From Anthoceros angustus (Eukaryota; Plantae; Anthocerotophyta), in contig MU008199.1 in the NCBI GenBank assembly GCA_010909165.1, forward strand, positions 204,248-268,247: a DNA stretch of 64,000 bases, in the 5' to 3' direction. Positions 25,440 through 35,392 of this stretch are shown piece after piece. Every line of letters begins with the position of its first letter. Positions within the stretch are counted from its first letter, which is position 1. The notes under the pieces are model-generated. The model made no database searches. It was not told the origin of the DNA and saw nothing but the letters and a program-made list of their open reading frames with translations. The position numbers and the translations under genes are program-made.

Positions 25440-26060
25440 ATTATGTATCAAGTCGTTCCTAAAGACCTTATCAGAGCAGCCCTCTTTTCGCGGGTGATAT
25501 AATTGAGATCGTAAACTAGCCAACTCGATGAACTTCGACATACAAATTGTACATCAGGTAACCCCGCCATAGGACCTTACAAAAGCCATCCTATTTTAAC
25601 GGGCTACATAATAGAGATTGTAAATCAAGTTGACATCAAAGATCACCTAATTGACAACTCAGATTATCAACTAGGCGACTTGAAGGGCTTCGAACACAAA
25701 GATTGTAAACTAGGCGATCCTAAAAGACTTTGATAAATTAGACTGTAAAGCAAGCAACCCCAAGGGTTTTCGTAAATCAAGCGACCCCTTAGGACTTCAA
25801 CAACATTGATCGTAAATGAGGCAATTCCGAAAAGCCGACGAAGAAGCACCCCTTTTTTGCACATCATATTGTAGATATCGTAAATCAAGCGACCCCTTAG
25901 GACTTCAACAACATTGATCGTAAATGAGGCAATTCCGAAAAGCCGACGAAGAAGCACCCCTTTTTTGCACATCATATTGTAGATATCGTAAATCAAGCGA
26001 CCTCGAAGAGCTTTGTCAACACAAATTGTAAATCAGGCAACCCCGAAAAGCTTGACCATA
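25440..26060. repeat. Degenerate array of roughly 40-bp units with core (T/C)GTAAA(T/C)(C/T)A(A/G)GC(G/A)ACC, containing a perfect 108-bp higher-order duplication (25770-26002)
   Basis: The core recurs about ten times (e.g. 25509, 25619, 25704, 25770, 25810, 25986, 26027). The 108-bp unit starts at 25770, 25878 and partially at 25986. Confidence 0.75.
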
Positions 26061-26386
26061 TAAGTTACATATAATAAGTGCACTCATGTTTGTTCCTCTT
26101 GTGTTCCACTGTCACCTTTTTTAGAATGGATCTTCTTTAATCGAATAAACTTCCGTGACAGTTTAAGTGCAAGGCTCATAATCTGATTTCGAGGTTTCTT
26201 ATTCTTCCTAACAACTGCGAGCTTAAATTGGGTCTAGCAGCTTAAATTACCTTGAAAACAGCTTTCCCGCTCTAAAAGGGGTTATCCCTACTTGTTGCAG
26301 CGAAGGCACTAAAAAGGGTTGTATGTACGCCCGGACATGTACGTATGGCCGATCTCGGGGACAGGGCTGCAGGTCGTCATCATGAG

Positions 26387-26915
26387 TGTTCACAAACACA
26401 AATTTATTTGATTCGTTAAGCATGGTGAGACTTCTTGTGTATTTATCACTTCAGAAACATGTTGAAGAAAAAAATGCCCTAGAAAAAAAAAATCTTTATG
26501 TACATCCCCGAGTTGCTCTGCAGGATACACACAAAGATGAGCAAACTTCCAATTCCATTTGCTTCAATTTACTGTCCAAAGGCTCATGGACAGAGGGAGA
26601 GAGAAGGAGGGCACAAAGCGCGGGTTCTGAACAGCAAAATTGATTAAGTAAAGTAATGTTTCTCAAAAGGTGTCTTTAAGTATGTCTAAACCTAATAATG
26701 AATAGTCACATAAACAATCATTAACCCTGCATTCTTAACAACATGAATCATAGACGAAGTGCACGGTTGTAATCCCCAACACTTCCTCTTAAGGTGCATC
26801 AGCTTGACGAAAAAGGATTGTCACATGCTTCAAACATTATGCCCCACCCATTAAACTCTATTGCCGCCGGCCATAGTTGATTATTGAGAAGCACCCTACA
26901 AGAAAAGGCAGCCTA
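26387..26915 (-). mobile_element. 3' end of a Copia element: LTR 26387-26781, PPT 26782-26792 and a short pol remnant
   Basis: On the minus strand TTAAGAGGAAG is followed by TGTTGGGG...GTGAACA (TGTT...AACA termini). The PPT/LTR junction reads LRGSV, typical of Copia. TATA-like ATAAATA inside the LTR. Confidence 0.7.
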
Positions 26916-27079
26916 AGTTAGAGTCATTATTGCAATTTTATGTTACACTTTCAAATTGCAACATGCTTTGGAGACTTGGTATTAAGTTTGTCACTTATTT
27001 CCCCTTCTTTCCCCATGATTTTCCACATGCAATTGCAACATGACCATAACATGGAGCCCCCACTCTCTCCCCTATCATC

Positions 27080-27236
27080 TTCCCCTATTTATTACACCCA
27101 CTCTTTGGAACACTACTTGTTTATGTTTCGCTTTGCACCCTCCCTCTTTATTACACCCCCTTTAGAAAACTATTTGTTTATGTTTCACCTTGCCCTCTTC
27201 ATTGCACCCCCTCTTGACAACTATTTGCTTATGTTG
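27080..27236. repeat. About three imperfect copies of a roughly 50-bp unit (ATTACACCC...ACTATTTGTTTATGTT)
   Basis: Related units start near 27087, 27147 and 27197. Confidence 0.65.
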
Positions 27237-27237
27237 C

Positions 27238-29540
27238 TGTAAACGATCTGGTATTGGAAACTCCCTGTTGGATTGTGTCTTTGAGTGAATTTTTGTTTTT
27301 TTTGTTAAGTTTGGTGTCGAGAAAGGGTTATGTTTGGTGTTTGGTTATGGGGAGGAAGGAATATTTATAGTAGAAAGTGTCCTTGGCCTATGAGTTTTGG
27401 GGTTGTTTTCTAGGTTAAATAATAATCGGTCCTTGGACTACGAACTCGATACTCCTTGGCCTTTGGTCTTGGAATATTTGATAAAAAGGCCTATATATGG
27501 GGAGGGTCCCCATATTTGGCGGTCCGTAGGCTAGAGGTCGAACCAAGGCGGTAGTTGAGCGGTATGTGGTGGCCCAGGGGTGTCGGGGGCTATGTTGAAG
27601 GCAGTGGGCGGGCAGGCGGTCGTGGAAGAAGGAGGCGGTCGCGGAAGGAGAAGTGGTGCAGCCGGCCGTGATGAGGGAGGATATAACCCTAAGAAAACTC
27701 GGAAGGCACAGTAGCGTGGTAGCTCAGACAATCCTGACGACGAGCTCTAGCAGTGTAAAGGCGAGCCACAGTGGCGGAAGCTATGATTCTGGAAGGAAGA
27801 AACCAGGGGTGACCAAGTTGGAGATTCGAGGCGAGCTTTCAGCAATTCGTAAGTGGGCGGTGAGGTTTTTAGAGCATGGCGCCCAAGGCTGAAATTTGAC
27901 CAATGGCCAAATATGGACCATTGGAGGTCCGAGGAGGATTGGTGAGGAGGCTGGGACTTGGGATCATGGAAAAGCAGTGGAGAGTTTATGGGTGGATTTA
28001 CGGACCGACAACGAGGAAGGAGGGCCCATGAATTCAATGAGGACAAAGGCGAGCCACCAAATCGGAGGAGGCGGAGATAACATGGGCGGGGAGTAGTGGC
28101 ATCCTAGGAATAGAACTTTGGATAGGATGCCATCCGGACCTAAGGCCGTCCAAAGTGTAGCCTCTTGGCGTTCGTTTTAGGACACAGAAAGTCGGTGGCT
28201 ATGGCGCCCGACAATTGTATAAAGGGGCTTGGTTGTGCCTCACATCGAGATAACTCTGGTTGAGATCCCCACTGTGGCTGGTTGGAGCGTCAGATTTGGA
28301 GGTGGCGTCGGAGGCGCTCCTAGGGGTGGTCGAGCTTGCTCACGCAGTGGGGGAGGGAGGGTGATGGGCGTTCCTCGACAGGAGGAGGAAATCGAGGATT
28401 GGCGGCGGGTCTGGAGCTTGCTAAATGCTTCTTGTGGCCTTGAGGTTCTTCTTTCCTTACCCTTTTTCACATTGGTTGTGTTAAAATTGAGAGAGTGTGT
28501 GTGTGTATGTGGGTGGGCTTGAGGGGCAAATCGAGAGAGAGAGAGAGAAGATTGGGTGAAGGGTGGTGAACCTTTGTCTGCGATCACAGTGTAAGAGGAG
28601 TTGAGAAGGAGAACTAATTGAGAAACTACGGTGGAGATTTGTGTGGATCCAAGAAAATCCAAACCGGTCTTTGTTGGTGGAAGTGTACACAAGAGGAAGC
28701 GACATTCCTTGGAATTGTGTGAGGTGGCGCCTTTGTGTGTGTGTGAGGCGGTTGTGAGGGATCCGAGCTTTGATCCTAGGAATTGTGTGTGTGCATGAAG
28801 TGTGGAGTGCAAAATAAAGTCGATCGTGAGCGTTAGGCCTTGGTGGCGAGATCCCAGCCGTCGCCGAAATAAGTTGTTAGGGTTTGGTGTGGACCCACCG
28901 GTTGCCATAACCGTGGTGATTCGGTCCCACCCTAGGTTGTTAGGGTTTGGTGTGGAACCCATAGCAACTACGGTGGTGGTGATTCTTGTGGAATAAGATT
29001 TGTCGTGGAATAAGATTTGTGGTGTGGAATAAGATCATGGTAGTTAGACAAGTCGGGAGGTAGTAGTAGTTGAATAGATGGGTAAGAGGGTGATGGCGGT
29101 GGTAGTGGCAGTGGCGTGAATCCCCAGACGTCGCGAAAAAGTTGTTAGGGTTTGGTGTGGAACCCACCCCGGTTGCCATAGCAAACCCGGTAGTGGTGAT
29201 TGCGGTCCCACACCCTAGGTTGTTAGGGTTTGGTGTGGAACCCATAGCAACTACCCGGTAGTGGTGATTGCGGTCGTGGAATAAGATTTGCGGTCGTGGA
29301 ATAAGATTTGTGGTCGTGGAATAAGATCTGTGGTAGTTAGACAAGTCGGGAGGTAGTAGTAGTTGAATAGATAGGTAAGAGGAGTGATAGCAGGTAAGTC
29401 TTGACTTAGGCGAAGGTCAGTAGCGATAGAAGTTAGCGTTCCTTGGCACAAACCATTCCCTTGGGAGCGAATCCTAGGCCTACAACGACATGGAGGGTGA
29501 ATGTGCACCTCATGGTGTCTTTAGATATAAATTCACACTC
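27238..29540 (-). mobile_element. Gypsy-like element fragment A1 (LTR end plus internal sequence)
   Basis: Terminus TGTAAACG at 27238; TATAAAT on the minus strand at about 27365-27371. Alignable by eye with 62097-64000. 29450-29535 is the reverse complement of a sequence similar to 48715-48800, just after the gag. Confidence 0.7.
28860..29380. repeat. Repeated module GTTGTTAGGGTTTGGTGTGGA (telo-box x4) and 19-bp GGAATAAGATTTG(T/C)GGTCGT repeats, in two duplicated blocks
   Basis: TTAGGGTTT at 28877, 28940, 29145 and 29223; 19-mer arrays near 28987-29035 and 29278-29330. Confidence 0.8.
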
Positions 29541-29997
29541 CACAGTTGCCCCACTAGACATGGACCAACAACTCTCACCGTTCCCTCCTACCTCACAACT
29601 TCACCATCTCTTTATCACCTTTCCCTCCTACCTCATGACTTCACCATTTCTTTATCAATATTTTTGCTTGACCATACCTATTCATAGGTTGAAGCCTAAT
29701 TTTTTTTTGCCTTATGCCATATATACTCTAGAAGATAATTACATGTTATATGTGTACGTATATATATATATATATAGATACGTATGTGTAGATTGCAATC
29801 ACTACATTTTATTTAGTTCCATTCCACATAGACGAACATACGGCATATATACTATGTACCTGTACATGGCGAAGACAGCCCTATATGCCCACGATTTACA
29901 GGGCATGACGCATACATATTTTCTATGTATACGCACGGAGCATACATGAATACATCCCGTCCATTTGCCTCCCCGATCATGTCCAATTGCAAAATTG

Positions 29998-30036
29998 TGC
30001 ACCGACGAGCGAATTCGAACGTGCGACCTTCTGATC
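29998..30036 (-). other. tRNA 3'-half-like fragment (Trp-like); possible SINE or pseudo-tRNA remnant
   Basis: Minus strand reads GATCAGAAGGTCGCACGTTCGAATTCGCTCGTCGGTGCA, resembling the anticodon-3'/T-arm half of plant tRNA-Trp. No convincing 5' half. Confidence 0.3.
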
Positions 30037-30106
30037 AAGATCAACGCATCTTACATGTTATCATTGGGTATTTTGGGAAATTAACACTACATACTAGAGG
30101 GATTGG

Positions 30107-30920
30107 GCAATGTAACACCATATTCCTTAAAGGGGGTTAATATGCACCATGGGGGTTTTGGGCCTATGTGAAAGATGACATATTTTTGCTCATTCAGTTT
30201 GATACATTCAAACGGTTGAGATAATGGGTTACTTGATTGATAAAAGCAATTATTCAAACCCATGAAAGCCAAACAGGTAGGCATGAACGTCCTCCTAAAC
30301 CAAAACGGTAAAGAAATGATGCATAGGCTACGAGCACAGCTGGGGTGCTTACGCAAGGGCTTAATGAGGTTGGAGTTGGGGAGAACAAAGATGCCAAGTC
30401 CATGGGCAAGAACGACGGTTTTAATGACCTGGAAGTGAAGCGCATGTGGAACTTAGAAGTGGTTATACATTCAGCATTGGATTAAGGCCCGGATGAGTTC
30501 CAGATTGGACCCCATGAGGGACCATTCGCGGCGTAGCCGTTTACATGTGCTCGTTTTAAAGTTTACCGTTTTTGTCCCAGTCGATGTGGACGCCAGCATG
30601 TCGGCGTTCACACACAACCTTCTGTTTCGTTTCTTTCCAAAGTAGAACCATGTTTAGTTTTGATCTGAATTTATTGAATGGTGTCCATGAACATATCACG
30701 GAGGACGCTGGCTGGCCGGCGCCCTAGACAAGCTCTCTATCATGTCAATGAAAAAAATGCAGACTTCTGGTTTGTGGACGGAATAACAAGGGCAATGACG
30801 TTTTGATGAATGGGCTAAAACCCTTTTTAAAGGACTGTGTCAATTTTGTGAAGGGGGTCCAAAACCAAAAGAATAGGGTTTGGATATTCACCCCCTTCAA
30901 GAAATATGGTGTTGCATGAC
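30107..30920. mobile_element. MITE-like or non-autonomous TIR element, about 810 bp
   Basis: The left end GCAATGTAACACCATATTCCTTAAAGGGGGTTAATAT matches the reverse complement of the right end (GTCATGCAACACCATATTTCTTGAAGGGGGTGAATAT) at about 31 of 37 positions. No TSD resolved. Confidence 0.6.
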
Positions 30921-32052
30921 AAGCGAAGCCTTCCATTCCCGCTTCTCCTTAAGTCAAGTCTTCATAGTACCCAGTTTGTCGGACATGATCCCGTTTATGG
31001 CATTTCTAGGAGGAGTATAAGCCTGTATTGTTGGAGGTTTGTTGATATGAGTATCAGCCAAGTGGAACCAGACCATCATTGCGGAGGTCGTACATGGGAT
31101 TCGACCTTGTGAATACGAAGAGGCATCGATGGCCTATTTGTGTGGCCATCGCGGGTAACCCAATGCTTGCAACATCCGGAGACGATGGAGGATAACATAG
31201 GTTGGGCAGTCGCCGCTCGGGGATGGAGGAAGTAGGAACCCATGGACGTTGGCACATAGTAGTGGTCGTAGTTGGGGTAGTGACGCGTGTGGAATAGTGA
31301 CCTATTTGGAGAACTACGGAGTAGGGCGGGCTTATATAATTATGGGCCATTGTCCTGTTTGCACATTATTTTTAACGATATTCAGTCACTAAATAGTATA
31401 ATGTACCTTAAATGCAGGCAATGCAGGTTGTAACCAATGTCACACGGATCTAAGGTGAAGAAAAGGCAGTGATTAGGGGTGGGGGGCAACCAACAATGAT
31501 TGCAGGAATCGCCTCAATGAATCCTGCCATCATTCACACTTACATGCATGCAGGCTATGGATGGCTGCTGAATTTCAAATTTCTGAAATTCAGCAGCCAT
31601 CAATGTCTGAGGACAAGTTCGAATGGTGACTCCATGAGGGAGGAAGGCAGCTGGTTGCCACACAAGGGAGGCAAAAAAATGAGGAAAAGCATGGCACAAC
31701 CAGAACAAGGAAATGGCATGAGACAGAGGTGGGCAAGGACCATATGTCAGGAGGTTGCCAAGACCGTCCCAGACATGGGACATGGCGGCCCCACCAGGAT
31801 CGCCGAGATGCCGGACCACTCAACAAGACACAAGAACTAAGGTACGCATGCAAAGAATGTGAACTTGATGTATGCTTTCTTTTATAAATTGCGTTTGGTT
31901 AGGCATTTTCATTAACCAATGACATGAAAACATATCCTTTATTTCGATTGGCCCATAGTCCAAGGATTCATTTCCTTTAAATACTAGTTATAGGAAATAG
32001 ATCCGTTATGAACGGATAACTAGGTAGGCTAGAAAAAGCCACTTAGTTTAGA

Positions 32053-33507
32053 TGTGAAACCAAACTAGACCCAAACCCAAACAAGGCACCTGATCAACGT
32101 GGGAGGAGCAGCACCAAGCGTGAGGGTTGCTTTCGCATCATGGCGCAAACATCACCGGGAATCGAGCTGGAGCGTGGAGATGATGGCGGGAATGAGGACC
32201 GTGGGGCAAGGAATAGAGGGTAGTCTTCAAATCGTGCTTGGGCGCGCGGTTAGGGAGGAAAAGCACTTTGTGAACCCTTGCAACTGGAAATCCAAGATCG
32301 ATTAGATCTGTGTTTTGCTCAGTGCTTCCTACAAGGCGCCAAGGCTCGATTTACAGGCTCCCAGCCAGCGCAAAACTCTGGCTAAGAAATCTTCAAGAAA
32401 TCTCGTGATTCCGCCATTGCGCAATGGATCCCTTTATTTCAAGACTCAATCTTCAAGGGCGACACTCCAAGGCGGAGTGGCGACATTTGAGGCGCCTCCT
32501 CTAGCTGGGCGACGCCATTTTGGAGCCTGGAGCACAGCAAGGATTACACCGGTGTGGCCCAATCCAGCTCGCCTGTATGCTCCCAGACCAGGGATTTTGA
32601 GGTCTTCAGCATTTCTTCACCTTTTACGCTCCTTACAGTGATGGCGTGCTAGAGGAGGCCAGATCCAGGCCTGATCCATGGGCTTTCCCAAATACAGCTG
32701 GGAATTCAAGATCTAGCGCTTTTCTCATCCCTTTTCGATCTTTGCAGCAGCAGAGCTTGTGGGAGAGGAGGACAGACCTTGCCATTCAAGATCTCCATTT
32801 CAGGCGGGCTACAGCATGGTTTGATACTTTGGTTTGATTCCAAGATCGAGGAGCGGATTGCGACTTGCCAACATTTCGATTTTGGGATTTTGGGATTTCT
32901 GAGCGCCCTTTCACTTTTGCTGGTTTCAGTAACAGCGTGCTGGAGAGGAGAATAGATCTCACCATCGAGGTGTCCGGCGCTTGGTCAGAAAGTGGGAGGA
33001 GGATCACGTTTATTTGACACTCACGCTTCAATTTCGGATGTGTGAGTGCTTGTCGTTGCTGACCTTTCTCAGAGGCTGAGGCGTGGGTGCTAACCCCTAG
33101 ATAGTCCCATTTTAGGGACTGTACATTCCTAATTCCAAGGGCTGTGGGAACAGTCCCATTTCAAGGATTGTTGGGAGGAGAGCTGGGACTGTTGGGACAA
33201 TCCCACTTTCTAGGCTGTCCAGCCCCATTGCTGGGACTGAAGGGACAGTCCCACCTCGTGGGCTGTCCAGCCCATTGCTGGGGATCAGAGGGCACCCCGA
33301 CCCAGCCGGATCACTGGGACAGTCCCACCTCGTGGGCTGTCCAGCCCATTGCTGGGACTGTTAGGACAATCCCTACCCTACACCAGGCTGCTGGAGTGAT
33401 CCAAGCGTAGGGGTAATCCATTTTGCTGCTGCACTGCTAGGGAGGCGCGCTCACCGGGCTTGGCGGCAGGAGTGGAGTGAGTGGAGGATTTCGTTGTTCT
33501 TTTCACA
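32053..33507 (+). mobile_element. Probable 5' LTR of the Gypsy-like gag element F
   Basis: Bounded by a 7-bp inverted pair TGTGAAA...TTTCACA directly upstream of a gag ORF. No canonical tRNA PBS follows and no partner LTR is visible. Confidence 0.45.
33190..33380. repeat. Three copies of GGGACAGTCCCACCTCGTGGGCTGTCCAGCCCATTGCTGGG within the LTR
   Basis: Copies near 33195, 33242 and 33316. Confidence 0.8.
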
Positions 33508-33586
33508 TTTAAGGGAGTGTTGCTGATCTTGTCGTTAGTCACATGGGTGATGCACCCGAGGACATGAGATCAGTCCCCGTTACCGC

Positions 33587-34428
33587 TTGAGGACACGGGA
33601 CATCCAGCAGCGGACCACTCCCGAGCGGGTACAGGCCAGAAGGAGGCATTCTTTTCAGCATCAGCAGCAAGCACAGGAGGAATTGGCGAGCAAGTTGCAG
33701 GGGCCAGGCACGCCACCTGCCCCCTTGGGAACAGCCACCAGTTGGTCTCCATTTTCAGACCTCAGCGCCGGCAAAGATTCACAAGACTCCTTGCCGGGAG
33801 ATCAATTGGGACAAACTTGTCCCAATTCCAGCCCTACAGGGCCAAGATCAGAATCAGCTGATCTTTCGGAGGATTCGGACACCATGGAAGGTGGAGGACC
33901 CTCGTACAGGCAGGACAGATTTTCCGGGAGGCCTGGCACTCAGTCGCTGCGAGATTTTCGGCTGTCCCTCAACGCTATCATCAGCCGGGTCAGGTTCAAG
34001 CATGGCGGCGCTTACAATCACCAGTACATGTTTGAACAACTTTCAAGCTACTTGGCTGGACGACTGGATCCGTATGAGGCACATCAAGCGGATTTGTCTT
34101 CTACCATCTCCACGGTGAATCCCCGCTCAAGGAGCGCAGCCTTGCCTAATGGCAAGTTGGCCACGGTCGTGAGTGCCCACCGTGCTAAGATTGCTGGGGA
34201 TCATGACCGCTCACCCACCATCCATGGTGAGTCCGGGCTGCCGAGAGGGTGGCGACGATTGGGGTCCCGAGTTCATCCAAACTCCCAAGTACCTCAATCC
34301 GGAGGAGTTCATGGCCATGCTCGAGAAGGCCTGGCCAAGACTCGAGAAATAGCCGAGCTGGCGCCGCAAGAAGGGTGAGATCATTCAGGATGACCTTTGG
34401 CGAGCTCGAGCTGAGAAGCACCGGGATG
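33587..34428 (+). pseudogene. Gypsy-like gag, N-terminal part, interrupted by the Copia insertion
   Basis: DRFSGRPGTQSLRDFRLSLNAIISRVRFKHGGAYNHQYMFEQLSSYL and EFMAMLEKAWP...SWRRKKGE resemble bryophyte Ty3/Gypsy gag as recalled. Frameshifts present. Confidence 0.6.
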
Positions 34429-34669
34429 TATTAGAATATGTTTAAGTTAGTAAGCTGGGCGCTTATCTACCTAGCTAATGGTAGTTTTATATTTTCGGTT
34501 TGATCGGTTTAATAACCGAATGAGCCTTAGGCTATATAACACTCTTTCTTTTCAATACACATGAACACATCTTTCGCTTATTTAGATGTACACGTGCACT
34601 TGCCCACTATCTGGTGTTTGATCACCGCCTAGTGAAGATCCTCACATGGCGTTCACCTCCATGCTTTTA
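34429..34669 (+). repeat. Copia 5' LTR (241 bp)
   Basis: Direct repeat of 48216-48455; TATA box TATATAA inside; abuts the PBS. Confidence 0.95.
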
Positions 34670-34681
34670 TGGTATCAGAGC
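34670..34681 (+). promoter_or_regulatory. Primer-binding site for tRNA-iMet
   Basis: TGGTATCAGAGC immediately after the LTR. Confidence 0.95.
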
Positions 34682-34750
34682 AGACTCTAGGCAATCGTAT
34701 AGGGCGCTCGTGCACTGAAGTTCCCATGATCCGACTAGTCCGTTTCCACA

Positions 34751-35209
34751 ATGCCGAGGCGTAGATTTCAGCTCTCTCCAGTCAGATCATCTCGCAGCAA
34801 CCTGCATCCTAGGCAGCCAGAGCTCTTGCTCATCTGCGACTATTGTAGATCCGTGGAAGAGCGTGAAATCACCCCGGCAATCAGGAGTCGCTTTGTGCGC
34901 GCATCTCACACTTCGCAAGAGCGACCCCGTCGGCAGGTTGTTTCCCCACGACGTTCGGCCTATCTCGTGAGGAGCACCAACCCCCACAGTGCAGCCGCGA
35001 ATCAAAAGCTGCCTGCAAGAAAAGATGGCGTCGTTTTGAGACAAATCGTGGAGCTACAAGCGCGCGCCAGGAAACAGGACGACTTAATCAACCGACTCGC
35101 CGACAGCATCAAGGAACTTCATCTGTTGTGCGAAGGACACTCTGAATTGAATACAATGTTCAACAGAGTTGGTCGTGTTCGTCCCATGGTGCCCCGCACC
35201 CTTCTGTAA
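34751..35209 (+). CDS. Extra 152-aa ORF in the Copia 5' leader (CxxC plus predicted coiled coil), function unknown
   Basis: Uninterrupted ATG-started ORF between the PBS and gag; contains CDYC and LRQIVELQARARKQDDLINRLADSIKEL. Confidence 0.45.
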   Translation: MPRRRFQLSPVRSSRSNLHPRQPELLLICDYCRSVEEREITPAIRSRFVRASHTSQERPRRQVVSPRRSAYLVRSTNPHSAAANQKLPARKDGVVLRQIVELQARARKQDDLINRLADSIKELHLLCEGHSELNTMFNRVGRVRPMVPRTLL

Positions 35210-35392
35210 TTTCTTCCCTTGTTTATGTCTGATAGATCAGCGTGGTATGATGAGATTGTGGATGACATCGCCTTCCTTTTCGCTGATGCTTCTACTTATT
35301 CCTACTTGGATTTCTCACCACGCAATTTGTTAGAGCTTGAAAGGCAGAAACGGTTGCAGTCCGTTCTCAACAGCCTTCTCCCACCTGCATCA

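Noticed and set aside
25667-25996. ORF with an internal repeated peptide
   Set aside because: The peptide repeat merely reflects the 108-bp DNA duplication; no codon or homology support. The same applies to ORF 3999-4424 over the 78-bp duplication.
25440-26060. CRISPR-like repeat/spacer appearance
   Set aside because: The repeats are degenerate, the spacers are related to each other, the context is eukaryotic and there are no cas genes; this is a minisatellite.
26263-26270. Perfect E2F site TTTCCCGC
   Set aside because: It is not near any gene start and lies among TE fragments; it is likely chance.
31400-31860. Possible isolated exon or gene fragment
   Set aside because: No frame gives a recognisable motif, and stops interrupt the most plausible one.
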